Assembly (NCBI GenBank): GCA_021163005.1
Contig: JAGGXP010000018.1
Span: 1 to 56,983 of the forward strand
Length of the DNA: 56,983 nt
Reading direction: 5' to 3'
DNA from: Candidatus Aenigmatarchaeota archaeon
Lineage (GTDB): Archaea > Aenigmatarchaeota > Aenigmatarchaeia > QMZP01 > JAFGSV01
The position numbers were made by a program, and so were the translations under genes. The notes below the pieces were generated by a model, which did no database searches, was not told the origin of the DNA, and was given only the letters and a program-made list of their open reading frames with translations. Positions 9,103-17,808 of this stretch are shown in pieces. Every line of letters begins with the position of its first letter. The first letter of the stretch is position 1.

Positions 9103-9636
9103 ATGGACGAGGCATTTTGGGGTACAGTGACATCGCTCGGCGATCCCGTCATATGGTCGCTGATAGTAATAGTGCTCATTTTCGTGCATTTCCTGATGGA
9201 AAGGAAGGTGATAAGGTTCAGGAATTCCGATAAGTACAGGAGGGTGCTGAAGAACTTCCTGCTGCTTATAGTGCCTACCCTGTTCCTTGCGCTTCTCAGC
9301 TCAGAGGCACTCAAGATGTTCTTTCAGGTGCCGAGGCCGTGCATCCCGTGCCCGGCGGCCGGCTGCAATCCCTTCTGCCTGAGCTCGTATTCGTTTCCTT
9401 CGGGGCACAGCGCCACCATGACGAGCATAGCCACGGCGCTGTTCCTGTTGCTCAGGAAAAGAAAACGCTATCTTGTCATATTCGTGTTCCCGATTGCCAT
9501 CGGCCTCTCAAGGCTGGCGCTCGGCGTCCATACGGTCTTTGACGTCGCCGGCGGGTTCGCGCTCGGGCTCCTCGTCACTGTCCTGGTATGGAAGATGAGG
9601 AAAAGCATCTACAAGTGGGAAGACGAGGTGCTGTAG
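9103..9636 (+). CDS. PAP2-family lipid phosphatase
   Basis: PSGHS and SRLALGVHTVFDV acid-phosphatase motifs, with 5 TM helices. Confidence 0.85.
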   Translation: MDEAFWGTVTSLGDPVIWSLIVIVLIFVHFLMERKVIRFRNSDKYRRVLKNFLLLIVPTLFLALLSSEALKMFFQVPRPCIPCPAAGCNPFCLSSYSFPSGHSATMTSIATALFLLLRKRKRYLVIFVFPIAIGLSRLALGVHTVFDVAGGFALGLLVTVLVWKMRKSIYKWEDEVL

Positions 9637-9708
9637 AGGTCAAGTTGAAAGAGAAGGTTGCCAAAGATAAACTGATAAATTCACAAAAGCATATTTAATG
9701 GTGGACGA

Positions 9709-12700
9709 ATGAATCCGGATGTTAGGCATTTAATAGAAAAATTTGAAGAAATGCTCACGCTGAACGGGCGCAAAAGGGTTTTTGAGGACGGGCAGAAATT
9801 ATCAACTGATTTCATAAACCAAAAATCCGACCCAGAAGCATTCACGAAAGAATTTCTCATAGAGCCGGTATTCAGAAAATTTAACCTGTCAAAATTAACG
9901 GAAAAGCATTTCAGAGGTATTAAGCAAGATTTGAGAAAAGTTGACTATGTCTTGAAAAACCATAAAGGCGAATCATTTTTAGCTGAAGCAAAGCCTCTCA
10001 ATTCTGATTTATTTGACAAATCATCTGATGGCGCAGTAAATCAGATTAAAGGTTTGTTCAGATTGGCAGAAGTTCAGAGGGATTACGAATTCGGCATAGC
10101 CACAGACGGATTAAAATGGATTTTCATTGACAAAAACTCTAAGGTTGTTTTTCAGTACGACTTGAGAGATGAGTTGGACAAAATAAGAGAAATATTAGTA
10201 GGAAAGGAAGAAGTGTCGTCAGAACGGATTGAAGAAGAAATCAGCAAAAAATTTTATGTATGGTATAACGCACTTCTTCACGGAGGAAAATACAAAGACC
10301 ATGAAAACAAAACCGGAACAATTTCAACCAAAGATTGCTTGGTTGAAAATATTCTTTTTGTTTCAAAGCCCGAAGACAAGAAACAGATAGCACAAACAAT
10401 TATGGACAGGCTCATTTTCATAAAATTCCTGCAATCAAAAGAAATTGTCGGCTATGATATCCTTAAGTATCTATCAAGCTTGGAAGAAAATATCCTGAAC
10501 GAAAAAATGAAACAACTGTTTTTTTCCGTGCTGAATACGAAAGAAAGTGAAAGAGTTGACATTGACCCCAAATTCAAAGGAATTCCGTATCTGAACGGCA
10601 GTCTGTTCGTAAGGACTGATGCAGAAACGAGAAATCCTGATTATAAGATAAGGGCTTTCATACTGAAAAAAGTCATAAAATTCTTGGACTCTTTCAAGTT
10701 CGTTCATACAGAAGACGTGTCCAACAAAAAAATCTTAGACCCTGAGATTCTTGGCTATATCTTTGAAAGGGCCATGACAGCCACGGACAGAAAAGGGACA
10801 GGTGCTTATTACACACCAAAGACCATAACGACCTACATATCAAAAAATACAATTCATCCTGTCATTGTCAAGAAAGTGAACAAACTGCTGAAAGAAAAAG
10901 GTTATAAAGACTCCGAATTGCTTAAAGACATAGAAGAAGTTTACAGGTTAAGGGAATCCACATTAGGAGAGGTTTTCAGCAAAATTATTCTCAATCTGAG
11001 AGTATGCGACAACGCCTGCGGCTCTGGGGCCTTTTTGCTGGCAGCTGCCGATGTATTACTGAAGGTTTACCAGAGAATAAAAGAGGAATTGAGATTAAGA
11101 AATTCTGAAATATCAATGAGAAAACTGATTTTGCAGAATAACCTTTATGGCGTGGATATAAACCCGAACGCCATTGAAATAGCAAAGCTGAGATTATGGC
11201 TGTGGCTTGTAACCGCATACGAGCCTGACAAAGTTGAGCCTTTGCCAAACATAGATTATAACCTACGGGTAGGCAATAGCTTAATCGGTTATGTTGATAT
11301 TAGCAAATTCAAAGATCACAAACTAACACTTTTAGACTGGTATAGTGCTGAAAAATCATTGAATATTCTCCTGAAAAAAAGAGAAGACAAAATCAAAGAA
11401 TATAAAACAGCTGCCGGAGATAAGGCAAGGGAGCTTAAATCAGAAATTGATGATCTTGATAAAAAAATAAAAAAACTGCTTGATATAAATCTGTTCCAAG
11501 AAATTAGCAAGAAAACAAAAATAGACGAGGAAGAATTCAGAAAAATCAACCCGTTCCATTGGGGCTTTGAATTCTATGATATTTTCGATGGCGACGGAGA
11601 GACAGATGAAAAAGGATTTGATGCTATTATAGGAAATCCGCCTTACATAAGAATACAAAATCTTAAATTAGAATCTCCTGCACAAGTAGAGATATTCAAA
11701 AAAATATACAAAACGGCGTCTAAAGGAAATTATGATATTTACGTTTTGTTCGATGAACGATCATTAAAATTAGTAAATGATGTTGGAATATTGGGTTATA
11801 TTCAACCACATAAATTTTTCCAAGCAAATTATGGAGAGGCACTCAGAGGAATTATTTCACGAAATAAATACCTCAGGGAAATTGTAAACTTCATGGATCA
11901 ACAGGTCTTTGTTGGAGCTACAACATATACATGCTTGTTGTTCTTAAGCAAACAGGAACACGAAAACTTTAGGTACGCCCAAATTGATAGAGTAGTTAAT
12001 TTATCTAACCAGCTTGAACAAATTGAACTGAATAAGAAAACAAATATAAAAATCGAGATTATACCTAGCACTTTAGTTTCTAGCTCTCCCTGGTCATTTG
12101 GAGTTGGACAAGAAATATCGATTTTATCTAAACTCAAATCAATTGAAAGCAACCTTGATTCCGTAACTGAAAGGATATTTCAAGGTGTTAGAACAGGAAT
12201 AGATGATATTTTTGTTCTAGATATAAGAAAAATAAAGGGCAAAAAAATATTAGGATTTTCTAAAGCATTGAAGAAAGATGTTGAAGTCGAATTAGGCATT
12301 ACATTTCCATTGGTTAAAGGGGAACAAATGTTAAGGTATTCCATAGATGATGCTAAAAAGAGGATTATTGTGCCATATTATGTAGACGAAAAATATCATT
12401 TAATTAAAGAAAGTGAAATGAAATTAAAGTATCCTCTTTGTTGGGAATATTTGAAAGAAAATAAAGAAATTTTAGAGAAGAGAGAAAGGGGTAAAATTGC
12501 CAAAATTGGTTGGTGGGGGTTTAGTAGAACACAGAATATTGATATAATAAGGAGGCAAAAAATTCTTACTGCTGATTTAGCTAACCATAACTCATTCAGC
12601 CTTGATGAAACTGGTGAAATACATTTCACAAGTGGTTATGGAATAATACCAAAAAAAGACTATCCAATAAAATTACTTTTGACTATTCTGAATAGTAAAT

Positions 12701-12957
12701 TGCTAGAGTGGTATTTACGAAAGATATCAACCACATTTAGAGGAGGTTATTATTCTTGTGAATATAGATTTATCAAAAACTTGCCTATTATAGAAGCAAA
12801 TAAAATTGAGAACAATATTAAGAACAAGCTCATTTCTCTTTGCGAAAAGGCTTTAAATGGCGATAAGAAATCTGAAAGTGAAATAGATATGCTGATTTAC
12901 AGAATCTACGGAATAACTAACGAAGAACAAAAAATCATAGAGGAGAGTTTGAAGTAA
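9709..12957 (+). CDS. Single-chain Type IIG/IIL-like restriction-modification enzyme (N-terminal PD-(D/E)xK nuclease, gamma-class N6-adenine methyltransferase, C-terminal specificity region)
   Basis: VDYVL...LAEAKP (9940-9993) looks like D...ExK. SAM motif I is DNACGSGAF (11008-11031). Catalytic motif IV is GNPPY (11631-11645). A C-terminal region of about 400 aa follows. The gene is AT-rich. Confidence 0.8.
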   Translation: MNPDVRHLIEKFEEMLTLNGRKRVFEDGQKLSTDFINQKSDPEAFTKEFLIEPVFRKFNLSKLTEKHFRGIKQDLRKVDYVLKNHKGESFLAEAKPLNSDLFDKSSDGAVNQIKGLFRLAEVQRDYEFGIATDGLKWIFIDKNSKVVFQYDLRDELDKIREILVGKEEVSSERIEEEISKKFYVWYNALLHGGKYKDHENKTGTISTKDCLVENILFVSKPEDKKQIAQTIMDRLIFIKFLQSKEIVGYDILKYLSSLEENILNEKMKQLFFSVLNTKESERVDIDPKFKGIPYLNGSLFVRTDAETRNPDYKIRAFILKKVIKFLDSFKFVHTEDVSNKKILDPEILGYIFERAMTATDRKGTGAYYTPKTITTYISKNTIHPVIVKKVNKLLKEKGYKDSELLKDIEEVYRLRESTLGEVFSKIILNLRVCDNACGSGAFLLAAADVLLKVYQRIKEELRLRNSEISMRKLILQNNLYGVDINPNAIEIAKLRLWLWLVTAYEPDKVEPLPNIDYNLRVGNSLIGYVDISKFKDHKLTLLDWYSAEKSLNILLKKREDKIKEYKTAAGDKARELKSEIDDLDKKIKKLLDINLFQEISKKTKIDEEEFRKINPFHWGFEFYDIFDGDGETDEKGFDAIIGNPPYIRIQNLKLESPAQVEIFKKIYKTASKGNYDIYVLFDERSLKLVNDVGILGYIQPHKFFQANYGEALRGIISRNKYLREIVNFMDQQVFVGATTYTCLLFLSKQEHENFRYAQIDRVVNLSNQLEQIELNKKTNIKIEIIPSTLVSSSPWSFGVGQEISILSKLKSIESNLDSVTERIFQGVRTGIDDIFVLDIRKIKGKKILGFSKALKKDVEVELGITFPLVKGEQMLRYSIDDAKKRIIVPYYVDEKYHLIKESEMKLKYPLCWEYLKENKEILEKRERGKIAKIGWWGFSRTQNIDIIRRQKILTADLANHNSFSLDETGEIHFTSGYGIIPKKDYPIKLLLTILNSKLLEWYLRKISTTFRGGYYSCEYRFIKNLPIIEANKIENNIKNKLISLCEKALNGDKKSESEIDMLIYRIYGITNEEQKIIEESLK

Positions 12958-12966
12958 GGTGTTCAA

Positions 12967-14121
12967 ATGCCGAGAAAATCTATAAAGATTGACGTGAAGC
13001 CTGATGTTTTCAAATGGCTCAGGGTGAGTGCCGGCTGGAATATTGAGGAAGTAAGCAAAAGAATAAAAACGAGTCCTGAAACTGTGAAAGCCTTTGAAAC
13101 AGGAGATAAAACACCTACTTTTAGGCAGCTGAAAGAATTGTCCCGAAGCTTCAGAAGGCCCGTGGCGGCATTTCTGCTTCCGGAACCCAAGAAGGAAAAG
13201 GGAAAACCGAAGGATTACAGATTCATTCCAGGCAGGAGTGGAATATTTGATAAAAAAACTATACTTGTCTTAAGGGAAGCACGGAGCCTACAGGAAGCAG
13301 GAAAGGATTTATCCAGTAATATTGAATACGAAACTAAGGCGAAAGTTGAAAAGGTTGGGCTTTCAGCTGATCCTGAAAAAATAGCAAAAAAATACAGGGA
13401 AGTCTTCGGATTGACCGAAGAAAAACAAAAAAGATTCAAAAGGACCTATGACTTATTCAATTATCTGAGGGACATCCTTGAGGACATGAATATTCTTGTA
13501 TTTCAGTTTTCTATGCCAGTGGAAGATGCAAGAGGTTTTGTTTTGTCGGATGAATCCCCAGCTGTCATAGTTGTCAACACTATGGATACAATAGAGGCAA
13601 GATTATTTTCTTTGATGCACGAGTTTGCACATATACTGTTGGGGCAATCTGTGATAGATTTTCCAGACATCTCGTCGTCAGTCAGGAACAGCGTTGAAAA
13701 ATGGTGCAATGAGTTTGCAGCATCGGTGCTTCTTCCTAAAGAAATAGCGAGGGTATTATTTGAAGCAAATCGTGGTAATTTGATAGAGAGAACGAGGCTT
13801 AATTATTTGTCGAGAAAATACAAAGTCAGCAAAGCTATGCTTTTATTTAATATGATGAAGATGGGTTATATAACAAAAACTGAATACGAAAACAAACTCA
13901 GCATATATCATCCAAAAGAGGCAGAAGCAAAAAAGAAGGGTGGGAAAGCCGGTGGTGGAATTCCAGCGGATAAGAGGTGCATTTCAAAGGTCGGAACCAA
14001 ATTTGTTTCTCTTGTGGCTAACAATTACGACCATGGTTATATAACCTATACTGACGCCCTGAATTATCTTTCGATAAAATCCAAAAACTTTGACAAAGTG
14101 CTGGCAAAGGCGATGAAATGA
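12967..14121 (+). CDS. XRE-type HTH fused to an ImmA/IrrE-family zinc metallopeptidase
   Basis: N-terminal HTH (WNIEEVSKRIKTSPETVKAFETGDKTPTFRQL). HEFAH zinc motif at 13618-13632. Overlaps the next gene by 4 nt. Confidence 0.8.
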   Translation: MPRKSIKIDVKPDVFKWLRVSAGWNIEEVSKRIKTSPETVKAFETGDKTPTFRQLKELSRSFRRPVAAFLLPEPKKEKGKPKDYRFIPGRSGIFDKKTILVLREARSLQEAGKDLSSNIEYETKAKVEKVGLSADPEKIAKKYREVFGLTEEKQKRFKRTYDLFNYLRDILEDMNILVFQFSMPVEDARGFVLSDESPAVIVVNTMDTIEARLFSLMHEFAHILLGQSVIDFPDISSSVRNSVEKWCNEFAASVLLPKEIARVLFEANRGNLIERTRLNYLSRKYKVSKAMLLFNMMKMGYITKTEYENKLSIYHPKEAEAKKKGGKAGGGIPADKRCISKVGTKFVSLVANNYDHGYITYTDALNYLSIKSKNFDKVLAKAMK

Positions 14122-14612
14122 CTTCTAATTATTATGTTATTGATACATCATCATTGGTTGGGTTGAATAGACACAATCCAATTGACGTTTTTCCCGGTTT
14201 ATGGAAGAAACTGGAAGGATTGGTTAATAAAGAAAGGTTGGTTGCACCGCGAGAAGTGATGTATGAAATCCTTCAAAATGATGATCATCTATCCAAATGG
14301 GTAAAAAAACAGAAAAGGATGTTCAAAGATCCTACTCCAAGACAAATAGAACTTGTGAAAGAAATAGTAAGCAGATATCCCTCTTTGATAAATCTTGACA
14401 ACAAATACAGTGCAGACCCTTGGGTCATAGCATTGGCAAAAGAATTGGCGACAAATCCACAGACAACGGTATTTTATATAAAAAGAATTGTTGTATCAGA
14501 AGAGAAGCTGAGAGGAAATAAAATTAAAATCCCCCTAGTATGCAACAATTATCAAATAGAAAATATGGATATAGTAACGATGTTTAGAACTGAGGGTTGG
14601 AAGTTTGAATAA
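14118..14612 (+). CDS. DUF4411 PIN-like nuclease-fold protein
   Basis: YVIDTSSLV at the N-terminus, ...PREVMYEI..., SADPWVIALAKE. This is the typical DUF4411 pattern and the typical partner of ImmA/IrrE-HTH proteins. Confidence 0.7.
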   Translation: MTSNYYVIDTSSLVGLNRHNPIDVFPGLWKKLEGLVNKERLVAPREVMYEILQNDDHLSKWVKKQKRMFKDPTPRQIELVKEIVSRYPSLINLDNKYSADPWVIALAKELATNPQTTVFYIKRIVVSEEKLRGNKIKIPLVCNNYQIENMDIVTMFRTEGWKFE

Positions 14613-14672
14613 TTATGAATCATCTAGTCTCATAACGTTCGTAATTTTAGTGATGATCATGCTATTTGTTAA

Positions 14673-14996
14673 CTAAACATTGCTTGGATATGGAACTCCA
14701 CAAAGAAACGATGTTTTTGAAATTAACACTAACAACAACAGAACTATGACCACAACACGAATAAACCATGTACCTGTTATCGCAAACTCTGAATTTAAAT
14801 ATTCAGGAAGCAATTTCCAGAATAAAACAATAGAACCAAAAAAGATTACTACTCGAAATATAGAAGTTCCTTCACAGTCAGCATAAATATAAGGAATTTT
14901 CAAATCCCAAGCTGATGTAAACATGAGTCCGATTAGTAAACCTAAGAAAATACCTGTCAAAAATTCTTTATTTTGGGTTTTTTCTTGACCTTTCAT
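14673..14996 (-). CDS. Small membrane protein (3 predicted TM helices), unknown function
   Basis: Hydrophobic segments only and AT-rich like the island. Convergent with the three island genes. Confidence 0.45.
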   Translation of the reverse strand: MKGQEKTQNKEFLTGIFLGLLIGLMFTSAWDLKIPYIYADCEGTSIFRVVIFFGSIVLFWKLLPEYLNSEFAITGTWFIRVVVIVLLLLVLISKTSFLCGVPYPSNV

Positions 14997-15011
14997 TATA
15001 AGCCCTAATAT

Positions 15012-17753
15012 TTACCTGTACCTCAGGATGCCTGCGAGGCCGCCCATTTCGTAAAGCTGCTCGCCCTCGTGCGTATCGACCGAGACTATTTCGAGTTTCG
15101 TGCCCACGTTTTCCGCGAACTTGTCGAGGACCTCTATGCCGTCGGTTTCTTTTTCCACTTCCACGCTTCCGCCGCAGTCGCATTTCAGCTCTCTGATTTT
15201 GTCCTTTTTGACCATCTTCCTGATTTTCTTCCCGCAGGCGCTGCACTTCCCTTCGACTTCCACCAAGTCGAAGTCCTCGGAAACCAGCAGTATCTCAACA
15301 GAGCCGCTTTCGAGCGCCTTCAGCGTCTCATGTATGCCATATACAGCGAGGCCGTTGTCCTTTGAGAGTTCTGAGAAGAAGCGTTCCAGAAGCTTCCTCT
15401 CCCTTGTCACGGACGCCTCTGCCAGTATGTCCTCGGCTCTTGCAATCATCTCCTCGAGCCCCGGAACGCCTGTATAGGACGTGTCGATGACGCCTATTAC
15501 CTTTGACTTTATGTCAGTCGGGATGTGGTCGCTGTTGAAGAACATGTCCTTTATCGGCCCCGGGCCGCCTATGAGTATGCCTTTCATGTCCTTGGTCTCG
15601 CGGAAATATGAGGTAGCTATCTCCGCCGTCTTCTTGAGGTGGTCGTTCAGCAGTCCTTCCCTGACGCGCGCATAACGGGCCTGTGAATTGTGGACTATGA
15701 TGCCGTTCGCCATGAAGTTCCTGTATTTTGGCACTTCCATGTCGTAGAACTTCCCGTCAGGCCTGACCTTCTCTATCGACTTTATCCTTGCTGATATGAG
15801 CCCGGATTCAGCCATCGAGCGGAGGGACGAGAGAGCGGCGGCTGCCTTGGGAGAACTGCCGAGCTTCTTTTCTATGGTTTTCATGATGTTCCTGTGGAAA
15901 ACCGGATAGCTCATTCCCTTCCTGTCGAAAAAGAAATCCTGGACCTTCGGGAAATCATCAGTCGTGAGGCCCAGCTCGTGTATGAGTCTGAGCACGTGGC
16001 TTCCGAGGAACGGTATCTGGTCCGTGTAGGTGTTTCTGGAAGCTGTCTTCGTTATCTCTGAAAGGACTCCGGCCTTCTTCGCGGAAAGCAGTGGTATATG
16101 CTTTGAAAACCTCAGGAGGGACTCTCCGTCTGTTATGACGAGGGCGTATCTCATGTGCCGGGCGAAGCTTCCCCTCGCCGGCACGGCCTTCATAGAACTG
16201 ATGATGCCGAACCTCAGGAGGAGGAGCTGCAGCTTTGCTATTATATGGCGCTCCTTCATCGTTATCCCTGCCGAGCCGTTGCTTTTGGTTGCATAGCCTT
16301 CTGCATCCCATATGCCGCCTACGAAATGGGCTACAACGTCCGGCGGGGACATGGTTATGGACTCCGGTATGTCCCTCTCGCTGTTTTTGAATACCTCCGG
16401 GAAGCTCTTGCGCAGCATGTCGCACAGGTGCCTTGAATGGAGCCTTGTTTCATGGTAGTTTCTGCCGCCCCTCTTCCTGGGAGAAGCCCTGACACCGAAG
16501 AGCTTTTCGGAAATCCGGGAGTACTCCTCAGCGAGAGCGCGGTCTCCTTCGTTCAGCGTCAGCCGGTTTTTCTCTATGCCACCGTCGCCGATGAAATACC
16601 CAATGAATCTCGCCGCATCCCTTGTCAGCATATTTGGCCATTTTATCGCCGGAGCAGCATTTGCTACTCTGCTCATGGCGGAACGGGGGAGAGCATACGC
16701 GCCGAGAATCCTCTCGAGCAAATCGGAACCCGGTTCCCTTTCGCCCCTCTCGAACTTGGATATGAATGTCTGGGAAACGCCTGCCTTCTCCGCAACCTGC
16801 CTCTGCGTGAGCCCGAGGGACCTCCTCTTTCCCGCGAGAAATTTCCTGCCCTGCTCCGTGACCCTGTGAATCACGGGCGCTTCCGCTTCTATGCTCTGCA
16901 TGCTGCCACTGAAATCAAGCGACCTGAGGCAGAGCAGCCTCTCGCCTGCTGAAAGCTCGCCGGCAGCCTTCGTGCCGAACCCGTCGGGTGTGGGAACGAA
17001 GAATTTGTGCTCAGGTGTCACTGTTATGCTCATGGACGGGGCCTTGGTCGAGATTCTCAGCGCTTCATTGCTTTTTCTGACAAAATAATGGGCATGCCTG
17101 GCGGCGGCACGTGTCATCCTGCTGAAATCATATGAGACGAATTTCTCGCTGCCTATCTCGCTTACCTTTTTTATCCTTCCGTCCGAAAGCTGCATAAAAC
17201 TGTCTTCATGGACGCACCACCCGCCTTTCTTCGTCTTTCCGGGAACAAGGGACTCTATGTGCTTCAGCGACTCTATGCGCTTTCCCGCAAGAAGCCCTAT
17301 CTCAGAGTCAGACTTGTCGAGCACTATGAGGCCGTATATCTCCTTCTCCCTGACCATGTGCTTCAGCGGGTCGAGGACGAACGTCTGGTCGCACCTGTAA
17401 AGCCGCTGGTTGAGCTTCTCCGGCGGCTCTATTGCCCAGAGCTCTATGTCGCTGTCCCCTTCCTTTTCGGAAACGTTGCCGCAGAATATGGCGAGCCCGT
17501 TCGGCGGGGTAGACCTGTAAAGCTTGAGGTGCTGGGCGACCTTTTCGAGCGCCCCGAGCACATTCTTCCTGACCGTCTTCGACTTTATGTTAGCCGCTGT
17601 CCCCTGCTCCTGCGTAACCTGAGTGCCGACTATGTTGAGGTTGGCGCCTGCCGGCACGTATATGGTTATGAGCTCCGTATGCCTGCCGCGTATGGAGCCG
17701 AGCTTCTTTATCAGCCCCTTGAGCCTCTTCTGGGCTATGGTTTCCATGGCCAT
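15012..17753 (-). CDS. prf1: Peptide chain release factor aRF1, interrupted by an intein
   Basis: NIKS (TAANIKS) and YxCxxxF (YRCDQTF) are present. ...[10 protein letters not shown]|C...intein...HN|[10 protein letters not shown] aligns with GGQ|S of e/aRF1. The C-terminal domain has a CxxC...CxC zinc ribbon. The first ATG is at 17753; the track starts at GTG 17762. Confidence 0.9.
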   Translation of the reverse strand: MAMETIAQKRLKGLIKKLGSIRGRHTELITIYVPAGANLNIVGTQVTQEQGTAANIKSKTVRKNVLGALEKVAQHLKLYRSTPPNGLAIFCGNVSEKEGDSDIELWAIEPPEKLNQRLYRCDQTFVLDPLKHMVREKEIYGLIVLDKSDSEIGLLAGKRIESLKHIESLVPGKTKKGGWCVHEDSFMQLSDGRIKKVSEIGSEKFVSYDFSRMTRAAARHAHYFVRKSNEALRISTKAPSMSITVTPEHKFFVPTPDGFGTKAAGELSAGERLLCLRSLDFSGSMQSIEAEAPVIHRVTEQGRKFLAGKRRSLGLTQRQVAEKAGVSQTFISKFERGEREPGSDLLERILGAYALPRSAMSRVANAAPAIKWPNMLTRDAARFIGYFIGDGGIEKNRLTLNEGDRALAEEYSRISEKLFGVRASPRKRGGRNYHETRLHSRHLCDMLRKSFPEVFKNSERDIPESITMSPPDVVAHFVGGIWDAEGYATKSNGSAGITMKERHIIAKLQLLLLRFGIISSMKAVPARGSFARHMRYALVITDGESLLRFSKHIPLLSAKKAGVLSEITKTASRNTYTDQIPFLGSHVLRLIHELGLTTDDFPKVQDFFFDRKGMSYPVFHRNIMKTIEKKLGSSPKAAAALSSLRSMAESGLISARIKSIEKVRPDGKFYDMEVPKYRNFMANGIIVHNSQARYARVREGLLNDHLKKTAEIATSYFRETKDMKGILIGGPGPIKDMFFNSDHIPTDIKSKVIGVIDTSYTGVPGLEEMIARAEDILAEASVTRERKLLERFFSELSKDNGLAVYGIHETLKALESGSVEILLVSEDFDLVEVEGKCSACGKKIRKMVKKDKIRELKCDCGGSVEVEKETDGIEVLDKFAENVGTKLEIVSVDTHEGEQLYEMGGLAGILRYR
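15687..17216 (-). mobile_element. Intein (510 aa) with a LAGLIDADG homing-endonuclease domain and an embedded XRE-type HTH
   Basis: Starts with CVHEDSF (Cys codon 17214-17216). Block B is TPEH. LAGLIDADG motifs are GYFIGDGG and GGIWDAEGY. The HTH is [24 protein letters not shown]. It ends with IIVHN (Asn codon 15687-15689) followed by Ser. Confidence 0.85.
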
Positions 17754-17808
17754 GTCAATCACGTGCTTAAAATTGAGACTGCGAATTTAAATGAGTCCGC
17801 AGAAATCG

